Source: a virus (taxonomy: Duplodnaviria; Caudoviricetes). Taken from it: a stretch of DNA of 64,000 nt. This document shows, piece after piece, positions 51,285-60,271 of this stretch (position 1 is its first letter; every line of letters begins with the position of its first letter). Location of the stretch: positions 69,886-133,885 of the IMG/VR virus record IMGVR_UViG_3300037183_000125, one strand, 5' to 3'. The notes below the pieces were generated by a model. It ran no database searches. It was not told where the DNA came from and was given only the letters and a program-made list of their open reading frames with translations. Both the position numbers and the translations under genes were made by a program.

Positions 51285-51690
51285 ACATCCTCAGGCCGGC
51301 CTCCCGCCCCTTCAGCGTCACATCATCGGCCGGCCTCGGGCCGTCCTTTGTGTCCATGATGGCCACGGACCCGGTCTCCCGGCGCACCCTGTCGCGCGCC
51401 TCTTTCTTGGGGAGGTAGTCCTTCCATCGACGGTTCGCGGACCTGCCAATGGCCTTGTCGAGGCTCGGGTAGTCGAGGTCGTGGGAGCCGGACGAGGAGC
51501 GGCCGCTGGTAGGGTCGGATCCGGCAACGCCCTTGAAGGCGAAGTTGGTGGCCGACGGGATCCGCTTGCAGGGCTGATGGCACGCCGGGCACGGGTGCTC
51601 CCTCTCGTACCTCTTGGTGTCAGCCACCGAGATGTGGAGCTCCTCAAACGTGGCCTCGCAAGCCTCACATGCGTACTCGTACGAAGGAAT
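51253..51690 (-). CDS. FmdB-family zinc-ribbon protein (probable ATT start)
   Basis: xPSYEYACEAC...CPAC...F.FKG signature. GGAGG lies 5 nt before ATT 51690; GTAGGGT motif at 51706-51712. Confidence 0.7.
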   Translation of the reverse strand: MPSYEYACEACEATFEELHISVADTKRYEREHPCPACHQPCKRIPSATNFAFKGVAGSDPTSGRSSSGSHDLDYPSLDKAIGRSANRRWKDYLPKKEARDRVRRETGSVAIMDTKDGPRPADDVTLKGREAGLRMFKAAKKDAGG

Positions 51691-51716
51691 CTGGGCCTCC
51701 AAGAGACCCTACCAAG

Positions 51717-52916
51717 TTACTTCATGCGCTCGTAAGTCGGAGATCGCTTCCCGATAGCGGCGATACCCGTGACCTCCCAGGGTTGCCCCTTGGCCTGCAC
51801 GAGGTCGGACTCGCCGCTGTCGCCGAGGACGTCGGACTCTCGCTCGCGGCTCCGGGACACGGTCTCAATGCGGAAGACCTCGACCGGGAGGGGCGTGTAG
51901 ACCTCCCAGTCCACGCGGATCCCTACGCTCACGGCGCCGTCGTAATAGTAATCGTCGATCTCGGCCACGTAGACCTCCTCGGTCTCGCCGCCGGGGGAGA
52001 CGTCCAGGAGCTCGAGCCCGTCGAACCCGAGCTGGTTCTGGCGCTCGAGGATGGAGGCAACCACGTAGTCGACCATTCTCTCCCGGTCCTCCGGGTCCTT
52101 CGTGAACAAGACGAGCTCGAAGCTTATCTCGAACTTTCCCCCGTACACGTCGGCCGTCTCGGCCCTGGTCTGGCCAACCACTACGGCGAGCTTGTCGCCG
52201 ACGATGTGTCGGTCGCCAAAGGCTATCACGGCCCCGGGGACGGCCTCATAGTTTGCCGCGTCCGTCTTGAAGTAGTATGGGGACCGGACGGGGAGACTGT
52301 AGCGATAGTCGGCGTAGATGTTGATTCCCGGGGGGACGGGCTTCAGGAAAGTGATGAGGCCATCCGCGTAGTCCACGCTATAGTCAACGCCGGAGATGAG
52401 GGCCCGCCTTCCGTCAATCCAGAGACGGAGAGCGCCGTCATAGAGGCCCTGTCGGGAGAGCTGCGCCTCCTGACCGAATATGAGGAGGAGCTCGTCCGAT
52501 ACGGTTAGGACGGGCTCGACCGAGAAGGTCCCCGGGACGCCGCGCGCGTCGTCTGGACATGTAAGAACCTCGAGCAGGTAGACGCCCGGCGGGCTAGGGA
52601 AGATCTCGCGCGTCGGCGAGTACTGCTCGAGGAGGGACTTGTTCTCCATCACCCACTCGACGGAGGTCCCGGGCTGGTTCCCGACCATCGCCTGCATCAC
52701 GAACGAGGAGAGACGACCGATATAGTTGTCGGCGGACAGGCGGACCCGGTCGGCCGACGCGTTATTGACTATGATTCCGCGCTGGGGACGCTGCTTGAAG
52801 GCGAACTTGTTCTGAACATTCTGCGAGTCCGACCTGTAGCGCGGGTGCGCGTACAGGATCTGGCGAAGCTCCTCAATGAGGCGCTTCTTGGTCGGTGATG
52901 TCAAAAAGTTCTTCAC
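51717..52916 (-). CDS. Putative neck/tail-terminator protein
   Basis: 399 aa upstream of the sheath; GVDYSVDYADGLITF structural motif; function inferred from position. Confidence 0.45.
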   Translation of the reverse strand: MKNFLTSPTKKRLIEELRQILYAHPRYRSDSQNVQNKFAFKQRPQRGIIVNNASADRVRLSADNYIGRLSSFVMQAMVGNQPGTSVEWVMENKSLLEQYSPTREIFPSPPGVYLLEVLTCPDDARGVPGTFSVEPVLTVSDELLLIFGQEAQLSRQGLYDGALRLWIDGRRALISGVDYSVDYADGLITFLKPVPPGINIYADYRYSLPVRSPYYFKTDAANYEAVPGAVIAFGDRHIVGDKLAVVVGQTRAETADVYGGKFEISFELVLFTKDPEDRERMVDYVVASILERQNQLGFDGLELLDVSPGGETEEVYVAEIDDYYYDGAVSVGIRVDWEVYTPLPVEVFRIETVSRSRERESDVLGDSGESDLVQAKGQPWEVTGIAAIGKRSPTYERMK

Positions 52917-52949
52917 GTCTTGCGGCCAAGATTGGAGGCCGAAGTGACG

Positions 52950-53339
52950 CTACTGCTGCGAACGATAGTGGGCGACGAGGCGGGCGGCGATCTCGGCCTT
53001 GACGCCGGTCGAGTCCACGTCGGCCGCCTCCGCCATGGCGATGAGGGCGTCCTTGGTGTTCTCGGACTCGAGCTTCTTGGCCAGCTCCTCGTCCGTGAGC
53101 TGAACCTCCTCGGCCTGGATCCCCTCGGCCTGGGTCCCCTCGGCCTGAGTCTCCTCGGCCTGAGTCTCCTCGGCCGGCGGGGGAGGGGGGACCTCCGGGG
53201 TCCGGGCCGGGGCGGGAGCCTCGGGAGGAACCGTGTCCGAGACGGCGTCGGCGGCCACCGTAGCCCCGCTGTGACGAAGGGCGTCCTCCTCCGTCAGGAT
53301 GTGGTCGAAGCTCGCGATACCTTTGAGGAGTTCCTTCAT
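52950..53339 (-). CDS. Acidic protein with C-terminal SAP/HeH (Rho-N-like) motif
   Basis: TKDALIAMAEAADVDSTGVKAEIAARL; low-complexity linker. Confidence 0.55.
   Translation of the reverse strand: MKELLKGIASFDHILTEEDALRHSGATVAADAVSDTVPPEAPAPARTPEVPPPPPAEETQAEETQAEGTQAEGIQAEEVQLTDEELAKKLESENTKDALIAMAEAADVDSTGVKAEIAARLVAHYRSQQ
53100..53174. repeat. Five 15-bp tandem repeats (AE[EG][TIV]Q)
   Basis: ctgRRYcYcctcggc x5. Confidence 0.85.
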
Positions 53340-53365
53340 GGTGCGACTCCCGGGCGATTACAAGG

Positions 53366-53530
53366 CTAGCCGCGGCGACGGTCGTGATACCGGCGCGTCT
53401 TCCTCGTCCGGCGGAGGGCAGGGGCGCGCTTCAGGGTCTCGGGCTTCTCGGCCGACACCCGGCGCTCGGCGATGCGCCGGGACTCCGCCCGGCGCTCGTC
53501 GGCCTTCTTCCTCCGCTCCTCCTCAGTCAT
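53366..53530 (-). CDS. Small Arg-rich protein (54 aa, below the ORF-track cutoff)
   Basis: MTEEERRKKADERRAESRRIAERRVSAEK...RRRG; ATG overlaps the end of the actin-like gene and the ORF fills the gap. Confidence 0.5.
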   Translation of the reverse strand: MTEEERRKKADERRAESRRIAERRVSAEKPETLKRAPALRRTRKTRRYHDRRRG

Positions 53531-54542
53531 CCATGGAGGCAACAACCAGAAGCCCGCTGGCCACCGCGGTCATCGGGTCGCGAGCATGGCGAACCTCGGA
53601 GACCTGGACCGGGAAGCGGGAGCGATGCTTCTCGAACACGGACCTGAAGACGTCCATGAAGCCGATGGCCAGGGAGGTCCCGCCGGATACGACGATCGGA
53701 ATAGGCTCCGGGACGAGGATGTCCTTCTTGACCTTATCAAAGTGATCGATGATCCCCTTGATGGCATAGTCGATCAGGGTCTGAACGTAAAAGCCGATGG
53801 CCTCCTGCTCCCTGCCGGCCGGCTTGGCAATGTCGACGCCGCTCTCCTTGAGGGAGCACATCTTCCCGCGAGTCGTGTTCATCGCCTTCGCCGCGCCGTC
53901 GTCCACCCAGTCGCCGCCCTTGCCGACCGAGAACTCGAGCGCGGACATGGCCTTGAAGGAGAGGCAGACGTTCGTCATGCCGGAGCCGAAGGAGATGCCG
54001 ATCCCGGAGAAGTTCTCGGCCGCGCACTCGGAGAACACGATGGCCTGCGCCTCATTGACGGCCTCCCCGGAGTAGCCGAGCTCCGAGAGGATCTTGTTCA
54101 GGACGGCCGAGTGGTACGTCACGTCCGAGCCGACGACGTCGAGGGCGGCGGCCGGGATGGAGTAGCAGCACTTCTCGCCCGGCTTCAACGGCGTCCCGAG
54201 GACCTGTCTCATCATCAGGGCCATGACCTGCTGGGCGTCGGTCTCGCCGGGGTTCAGGATGCCGCCGGCCATAGGACGGCGCGCGTCCCGGTTGAAGAGG
54301 TTGGCGCAACTCAGGGCCTCGTCCCCGATGACGAGAAGACGGCCGTCGAGCTCCACGAAGGAGGTGCCGCTTAGCCTCAACATCTTCTTGTGCGAAGGCT
54401 CAAGATCCAGGAAGGCGTTCCTCACGCGCAAGGTGGAGACAGACCCATTAACGGACCTGGCGGACACCATATTCATCGTTCCTTGATCGATCCCGACCCC
54501 CGCTGGTCTCTCAGGTCGCGTCTGTTCTTTCGGCTTCGTCAT
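53523..54542 (-). CDS. Actin-like ATPase (MreB/MamK/ParM superfamily)
   Basis: Phosphate-1 GVGIDQGT, connect VNEAQA, phosphate-2 GISFGSGMTNV, adenosine IVVSGGTS, terminal DPMTAVASG; 339 aa. Confidence 0.85.
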   Translation of the reverse strand: MTKPKEQTRPERPAGVGIDQGTMNMVSARSVNGSVSTLRVRNAFLDLEPSHKKMLRLSGTSFVELDGRLLVIGDEALSCANLFNRDARRPMAGGILNPGETDAQQVMALMMRQVLGTPLKPGEKCCYSIPAAALDVVGSDVTYHSAVLNKILSELGYSGEAVNEAQAIVFSECAAENFSGIGISFGSGMTNVCLSFKAMSALEFSVGKGGDWVDDGAAKAMNTTRGKMCSLKESGVDIAKPAGREQEAIGFYVQTLIDYAIKGIIDHFDKVKKDILVPEPIPIVVSGGTSLAIGFMDVFRSVFEKHRSRFPVQVSEVRHARDPMTAVASGLLVVASMDD

Positions 54543-55203
54543 CTGGAGGTCTCCGGGAAATGGTTCTCAGCACGTGGCACCAACAACATACAACTTCGCA
54601 CTTCTCGAGCTCGGCGAGAATGCGGGACAGGCTCGCCTGGCTCCCGACGAGATTCGAGACGTTGTCCGACTTGTCGGAAAGATGGTCAAGGTCCATCTTC
54701 CACGGGTCGAACGACTGTTTGCAGTCAGCGCACGGGCGACTCTTATGATCCCTTACGAGGGCAAGCCTTGAGGTCCGGAGCTTGGCGAGAGAGTAATAAT
54801 GTGTGCAGGGAGTGCAACCCTTCACCCTCCCGATAGGACGATGTTTCGGGCAAGAGATAACGTACTCAGGAAGACGAGAGTGAGAGCGGTCCCGATGACA
54901 CCCGACACACACCAAGTCACACTTGGAAAGTTCTTCCTTGAGGGTGGCGAGTTTCGCGTTCGGATGATTGACCAGCCAGTATATGTCAAACTTTTTGACC
55001 GTGCCAGGTCGATGATCGTATGTCATCGCCTCGTGGCAAAAGGATAGATCACAATCCGTGCACGGTTCTTTCTTAAGAACCCGAATGAAAGTCCGTTTCT
55101 CAGAACGGCAAGCCTTCCGCTTTTCAGCAAGAATTGCAGCATTATCGATCACGTAGGAACGATTATACTCTCGTTTATGGGCTGGGTCAGCGTACGGCAC
55201 CAC
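54511..55203 (-). mobile_element. Free-standing endonuclease with two tandem HNH domains
   Basis: Twice PCxDC...M..DH...ELxKC(D/E)xVCxxCH; lower GC; overlaps both neighbours. Confidence 0.8.
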
Positions 55204-55747
55204 GGACGATACCGGAAGCGAAAATACGCCGGCGGAGGCTCCTCGGAGCGCGTACCACGGAGAACGGGTGGCCGGCGACGGAGAGGCCGGGACAGCCGGG
55301 GCCCGGGTCGGTCACGGTCATGGCCAAGACGGACGGGAGGCCGTCCGGGGACCGCCCCTGGACGAACCCGGCCAAGTTCGGGTCCACGACGGACTCCGTG
55401 AGAGACTCGACCACCTGGAGGGCCGGGGCGACGGCCGGCCTGGACCGGAGATCGTCGAAGGTCGCGAGGAAGGCCTCGAGCACCGACAGCTCCTCCCGGA
55501 GCCGGACGTTCACGAACTGGTCGACGGCGGCGAGGGCGGGGCCGGCCTCGGCCGGGGAGGACGGGAGCTCGCCGCCGGCCCCCGAGTACAGGTCGTCCGA
55601 GGAGAGGTACTGCTCCGCCCTCTGGCTCACGGCGACGAGGAGGGCGGTGACGCGCTCGGCGAACTGGTCGCCGCGGTCAACGAGGTCCTGGCGCCCGCAG
55701 GCGAGAAGCCAAAGGCGGACCGGCTCTGACCAAAAACTAGCTCTCAT
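55187..55747 (-). CDS. Hypothetical protein
   Basis: 186 aa; ATGA coupling with the upstream gene. Confidence 0.55.
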   Translation of the reverse strand: MRASFWSEPVRLWLLACGRQDLVDRGDQFAERVTALLVAVSQRAEQYLSSDDLYSGAGGELPSSPAEAGPALAAVDQFVNVRLREELSVLEAFLATFDDLRSRPAVAPALQVVESLTESVVDPNLAGFVQGRSPDGLPSVLAMTVTDPGPGCPGLSVAGHPFSVVRAPRSLRRRIFASGIVRGAVR

Positions 55748-56346
55748 TTTCTCTTCTTGAGCTCCTTCAGGGCCGCCACGCTGGCGTCGACGCCGACGGA
55801 GACGTCGGACTTCGTGACCTTGATGTCACCGCCGGCGGACGGGTCCGTCGGAAGAATGGTGGAAGGAATGAACTGAGGATGCGGGGCGCCCGGCAGGCCC
55901 TCCGGGACGGGGCCGGCGGCGATGGCCCGGACGTGGGCCGCGACGACCTCGGCCGGTGGAGGGGAGGGACGGAGGAGGAGCATCTCCAGGTTCCGGTTGA
56001 TACTGTTCAGCACGCGAAGCATCTCCGGCGACTCGGCGGCCGCCGCGGGAGACGGGGCGGGGAGAGCCTCCTGAGGGCGGGGAGGGATCTGAGATGAGGG
56101 CCCGGAGACGAAGGCCCGAGGAGGAAGGGGAGGCAGGACGACGGGGCCCGCAACGGGCCACACCTCGGGGCCGACCCTAATGAGGGTGACCTGGCGCTGG
56201 TTCAGGCGGTCGCGCAGGTCGTAGGAGGCCTCCGCGGCCGAGGTCAGGACGGTGACCTCGCAGCCCTTCCCGGCGAGACGGACACTCAGATCCTCGATCA
56301 TGACCGAGGCCGGGACGAGACAGCGTATACGGAGGAAGTTACCCAT
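55744..56346 (-). CDS. Pro-rich hypothetical protein
   Basis: Start taken at ATG 56346 (MGNFLRIRC), overlapping the upstream stop; ends in an amphipathic helix VAALKELKKRK. Confidence 0.55.
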   Translation of the reverse strand: MGNFLRIRCLVPASVMIEDLSVRLAGKGCEVTVLTSAAEASYDLRDRLNQRQVTLIRVGPEVWPVAGPVVLPPLPPRAFVSGPSSQIPPRPQEALPAPSPAAAAESPEMLRVLNSINRNLEMLLLRPSPPPAEVVAAHVRAIAAGPVPEGLPGAPHPQFIPSTILPTDPSAGGDIKVTKSDVSVGVDASVAALKELKKRK

Positions 56347-56995
56347 ACCGACCAATGATACCGGCGAGGCCGGGCGCGAACTGACCTGAAATGATCGATG
56401 TGAGCTCACTGAGGAAGGTCCCTACTATGCCCTGAAACTCTCCCCGGGGCATAACAGTCTCCTCAGAGACCGCGCGGGTGGAGCGCTTGAGGGCCACGGA
56501 GAGGCGCCCCTCGCGGTCGACGTTCATGGAACGAGGGGTGACGTTCGCTATCTCCTTCTTCACCAGGCGGTCGAGGGCGGTCTCCCGCACGTCGCGGGCG
56601 GGGCGACGGAGGTCCCTGGCCGGGCGGCGCGCGTCCCGGAGGGCGTTCGTCTTTCCGACTATCCTCTGCGGGCCGCTCGCGCCGAGCCCGTAGCTCGCGG
56701 AGGCCGCAGCGTCGGTTTGGTCCGCATCGTCCTGGGACGCGTCTATGGCCGCCTGGGTCAGAGCGTCCGCCGCGACGACGGACTCGATGTCGAGCAGGAT
56801 CTCGAACGCGACGACGTCGCCGATGACGTGGGCGTACACCTCGTAGTCCTTGAGGTACGGGGACTTGGCGAAGCCGGCCTCGTCGAGGACGCGCTTCAGG
56901 AGGACTAGGCCGTCCTTCGCTATCCCGTGGACCATGTCCTCGACGACTCGGTCGAGGTAAGTGGACAAGGTGGTGGAGATATCGAGCTTGGACAT
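56339..56995 (-). CDS. Hypothetical protein (possible neck component)
   Basis: Start ATG 56995 (MSKLDIS) overlapping the upstream TGA. Confidence 0.55.
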   Translation of the reverse strand: MSKLDISTTLSTYLDRVVEDMVHGIAKDGLVLLKRVLDEAGFAKSPYLKDYEVYAHVIGDVVAFEILLDIESVVAADALTQAAIDASQDDADQTDAAASASYGLGASGPQRIVGKTNALRDARRPARDLRRPARDVRETALDRLVKKEIANVTPRSMNVDREGRLSVALKRSTRAVSEETVMPRGEFQGIVGTFLSELTSIISGQFAPGLAGIIGRYG

Positions 56996-57279
56996 CAGGT
57001 CAGCATGACCTCGGCCGCAAGACAACAAGAGCATACATTATCAACGGGGGTAGCGAATATGCGATATGTTATCATCCCTTCCCCGAGAGCAACGAGCTCC
57101 GACCTGATAACACAACCGACCCTCGACCCAGAGCAAACGAGAGAGCCGGGATCAACCATGTCGGCTGATTCCATGAAAAAATAGTCAAGGTTTACGTCAA
57201 GGCCGATGGGGCATATCTTCTGAAGGTCTAAGAAGGAAGATCCGTCACGGGTCCAAGTCGGCCTCGGATGGAGGATCAT
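56995..57279 (-). CDS. Small hypothetical protein ending AEVMLT
   Basis: Coupled to both neighbours; lower GC. Confidence 0.45.
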   Translation of the reverse strand: MILHPRPTWTRDGSSFLDLQKICPIGLDVNLDYFFMESADMVDPGSLVCSGSRVGCVIRSELVALGEGMITYRIFATPVDNVCSCCLAAEVMLT

Positions 57280-57554
57280 GTAAGCATGACCTCAGCCATA
57301 AGCTGATCCTCGGGAGAGGCCATGAGAAGGTAGACATCCCAGCGAGGCCCGACAAGACTCGGAGTGGGAAGACACCGGACGACCCTGTGGAAGCCGTCGG
57401 CCTCCTCGAAAATCGACCCGACCTCATAGAACCTCTTGACGTTCCAATGGACCCTCGAGTACTGATCGAGGACGGACTCGAGCCTAACCGACACGAGGTA
57501 CTCGCACACGCCCCCCATAATCTTCTGGTGTACATCCTGGATCTCGCTGTCCAC
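57276..57554 (-). CDS. Small hypothetical protein ending AEVMLT
   Basis: GTG start with GTACGGT motif (57560-57566) 5 nt upstream. Confidence 0.55.
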   Translation of the reverse strand: MDSEIQDVHQKIMGGVCEYLVSVRLESVLDQYSRVHWNVKRFYEVGSIFEEADGFHRVVRCLPTPSLVGPRWDVYLLMASPEDQLMAEVMLT

Positions 57555-57637
57555 GACCTACCGTACACCGATCACTGGGGCGAATGCCTGCGAAGCACCC
57601 CACGAACAGTAGTCCATACTACCAATGACGCGTTGCG

Positions 57638-58966
57638 TCAATAGGAGTTGTTCTCCCAAGTGACTGTATTTCCGCGCAGCTGGCGGCCGTCCGGGATCGT
57701 GAACTTCTCGGTTATCATGGGGAGGGAGTCGCCGGTCCCGGGGTGGATCCAGCGCGTCTCCGGGGCCCGCATGAAGCGCGGGTCGGGGACCGGGACCTTG
57801 TACCGGATGTCGTTCTCCTCGATCCGGGCTATGGGGAAGAACTGCTGGAGCTGCATCCCGCGGTTGCTCGGCATCCGGACGGGCCCGAGCCCGTAGCGGT
57901 CGCCGTTCATCTTGAGGACGAAGTCGCGCTGCGAGACCAGGGGGACGGGGCCGGTCCAGCTGTCGTAGGTGTGCAGGCCGGCGAGGCCGCGGTTCTGGCG
58001 CGTGATGGCGCGGTCGCCGTCATCCGGTGCAATGATGATGTCGAAGGGCCCGTCGTAGCCGCCGATGACGCCCGTGCCATAGCAGACGAGGCAGGTCCCG
58101 GAGGGATGGCGGTGCGTGTCGGAAACGCACCCGCACTCGAGGCCGACGCCCTTCTTGATGAAGAGCTTCACGCGCTCGCCGCCCTGGTTGAGGATCCACT
58201 TGTTGCGGCGGACAGCCTCGGTCCAGATCCAGTCGAGCTTCTCGACCTCGTCGCGGTTCGAGGCCGTGGCGCGCTCCAGGGGGGTCTCCACAAGGCACCG
58301 GCGCTCCTGGTCGAAGGCGACGGTCGTCACGCGATAGAACACGCGCTGGAAGAGGTCCGTCCGTACCTCCTTGGCGACATACCTGTAGGTGGCGAGCACG
58401 ACGTCCGAGCCGCTGGTCGGGAGGACAACCGGGTTCACGGTCTGGTTCGTCACGTCGAAGGTCGGGTGGTGACGGAGCTCGACGATGCCCTCGTCGGCGT
58501 AGATGTTCTCGACGTAGGCCGGGACGCCGTTGACGGTCACCTGGACGTTCAGGTTCGTCAGGTTGGCCGCGCCGGGCGACGGGTATATGACGATGTCCTT
58601 GTGGCGCGTTCGGAACATCCAGCGGTCCGCGACGTCCGTCGGGGCCCCGCGGGCCGTGAAGGCGCGGGAGACGTCCTCCCGGACCGCGAGGACCACCTCG
58701 GTCTGGTCACGCCAGAAGTTCGACCCGAGCGGCACCGGGTTCATGCGGAAGAACGGCCCGTACTCGGAGTCGAAGCTCCGGTACACGTTCACCCCGACCA
58801 CGTTGAAGCACGAGTTTTGCGAGAGCTCGGAGGGGCTGCTCCAGCGGACGTCCAGCGACTGCGGGACGAGCGAGGACGTCACCTGCACGTTCAGCGGGGG
58901 GAGGGGGGACGCCGGGAGGACCTGCTCGAGGATGTTCGGAGACCTCCGGTCGGGCGGGGAAGGCAT
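57638..58966 (-). CDS. Putative head-closure/neck protein with FN3-like N-terminus
   Basis: GGERVKLFIKK...CGC...CLVCYGTGVIGGY zinc motif as in large-phage neck proteins; PPLNVQV..LDVRW..VNVYRS FN3-like start. Confidence 0.55.
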   Translation of the reverse strand: MPSPPDRRSPNILEQVLPASPLPPLNVQVTSSLVPQSLDVRWSSPSELSQNSCFNVVGVNVYRSFDSEYGPFFRMNPVPLGSNFWRDQTEVVLAVREDVSRAFTARGAPTDVADRWMFRTRHKDIVIYPSPGAANLTNLNVQVTVNGVPAYVENIYADEGIVELRHHPTFDVTNQTVNPVVLPTSGSDVVLATYRYVAKEVRTDLFQRVFYRVTTVAFDQERRCLVETPLERATASNRDEVEKLDWIWTEAVRRNKWILNQGGERVKLFIKKGVGLECGCVSDTHRHPSGTCLVCYGTGVIGGYDGPFDIIIAPDDGDRAITRQNRGLAGLHTYDSWTGPVPLVSQRDFVLKMNGDRYGLGPVRMPSNRGMQLQQFFPIARIEENDIRYKVPVPDPRFMRAPETRWIHPGTGDSLPMITEKFTIPDGRQLRGNTVTWENNSY

Positions 58967-58981
58967 ACGGGAACAGCCCGA

Positions 58982-59269
58982 TTAAGAGTCGCTCTCAGGC
59001 CGGGTGAGGGGAGGGTCTTGGACCTGGACCACGACGGCGCCGTTCTCGACGCGCGCGCCGAGGCACTGCTGAAGGTCCAGGCCGGCGCCCTCCATGGCCG
59101 CGTTCATCTGCTTCATCCGGGCGGCGTAGAGCGTCCCGAGGGTGCTCTTGAGGGCCTCCTCCTGAAGGAGGAGCTTCCCGAGCTCGACGGAGTGGTGAAG
59201 GATGGAGTTGTCGACGTCCGTGAAGTAGCGTCTCTGGTCGTCGTTCAGCTCGAAAGTGCGCATTCCCAT
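58982..59269 (-). CDS. Small coiled-coil hypothetical protein
   Basis: 95 aa; GTAACGT motif (59276-59282) 6 nt upstream. Confidence 0.65.
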   Translation of the reverse strand: MGMRTFELNDDQRRYFTDVDNSILHHSVELGKLLLQEEALKSTLGTLYAARMKQMNAAMEGAGLDLQQCLGARVENGAVVVQVQDPPLTRPESDS

Positions 59270-59285
59270 GGAGGGACGTTACCCG
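59254..59285. repeat. Direct repeat copy 1 (32 bp)
   Basis: aagtgcgcattcccatggagggacgttacccg; matches 59727-59759 except for a 1-nt indel. Confidence 0.9.
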
Positions 59286-59295
59286 AGCGGGTCGA

Positions 59296-59691
59296 TCAGA
59301 AGATCGCGTTCATCAGCTCGCCGGGGTCGCGCGAGGCGACCGTCTCGGCGTCGTTCGGGTCCTCGAGGGGGAGGTCGCCGTAGTTGAATCCGGACATGTC
59401 GGAAGTGTTCCAGACGGCCACGTTCCCGTCGGACTTCTTGATCACGACGGCGGCGTCCGGGGACGAGTCCAGGTGAGACCAGAGAGCGTCGCCGTCCATC
59501 CCGGTCAGGCCGGAAGCGTTGTTCATGTCGTCGAAGGTGGTGAGCTTGGCGGTATACTGGGCCGTTTCCATGGCGACGAGTACGCGCCGCAGCTCGCGAG
59601 CTACGAGGACCTTGCTCGGCCTCTTGGAGGCATCGATGACGGAGGCCATTCGGCGAAGGTGGGCGGACAGGCGGTTGGGGGACAGGCTCAT
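59296..59691 (-). CDS. Protein with conserved ~40-aa basic leader and unique acidic C-domain
   Basis: Leader ...IDASKRPSKVLVARELRRVL shared with 59771-60259. Confidence 0.75.
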   Translation of the reverse strand: MSLSPNRLSAHLRRMASVIDASKRPSKVLVARELRRVLVAMETAQYTAKLTTFDDMNNASGLTGMDGDALWSHLDSSPDAAVVIKKSDGNVAVWNTSDMSGFNYGDLPLEDPNDAETVASRDPGELMNAIF

Positions 59692-59726
59692 GATATGTAT
59701 CCTTTTACAAAAAGACTAAATGTCGT

Positions 59727-59759
59727 AAGTGCGCATTCCCATGGAGGGAACGTTACCCG
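59727..59759. repeat. Direct repeat copy 2 (33 bp)
   Basis: aagtgcgcattcccatggagggaacgttacccg. Confidence 0.9.
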
Positions 59760-59770
59760 GGAGAAGCGCT

Positions 59771-60259
59771 TCAGGGTATGGGAGAAGGATCGAAACCTTG
59801 CTGAGCGGCGGCTTCGGCCCACGCGGGAGTCCGACTTATGAGATAAGGAATCGCCTCGGTGAGTTCGTCCTGCACGGAAGGGGCGAAGCCGTAGAAGGTC
59901 TCGCCGGCCATCCCGATGCCGCCGAGATCCAGGTCTCGCCCATCGGGCCAATCCATGGTGATAGTACCGGCGAACTCAAAGCCTTTAGAAGCCCCCTCTT
60001 GGACGATGTCGTCCTTCGGGTTGTTCGTGATCCCGGACAGACCGATGATCTTGAAAGTGAGAGATCCGAAGTCTGACTCTTCGGCCGGAATGTACTGACA
60101 GCTAGTGAGCTCGGTGCGACCGTCCTTTGATGTGTTCTTCATGGCAGCCAGTACGCGGCGCAGCTCACGAGCTACGAGGACCTTCGACGGTCTCTTGGAA
60201 GCATCGATGCGGGAGGCCACGGAACGGAGCACAGAGGAGAGGCGGTTGGGGGTTATCAT
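59771..60259 (-). CDS. Protein with conserved ~40-aa basic leader and unique acidic C-domain
   Basis: Leader shared with 59296-59691. Confidence 0.75.
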   Translation of the reverse strand: MITPNRLSSVLRSVASRIDASKRPSKVLVARELRRVLAAMKNTSKDGRTELTSCQYIPAEESDFGSLTFKIIGLSGITNNPKDDIVQEGASKGFEFAGTITMDWPDGRDLDLGGIGMAGETFYGFAPSVQDELTEAIPYLISRTPAWAEAAAQQGFDPSPIP

Positions 60260-60271
60260 GTTATTTCCCTT

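Noticed and set aside
59254-59759. Direct repeats as a CRISPR array or IS target-site duplication
   Set aside because: Only two copies ~440 bp apart around a protein gene, with no cas or transposase gene; the repeat equals the promoter and 5' end of the neighbouring gene.
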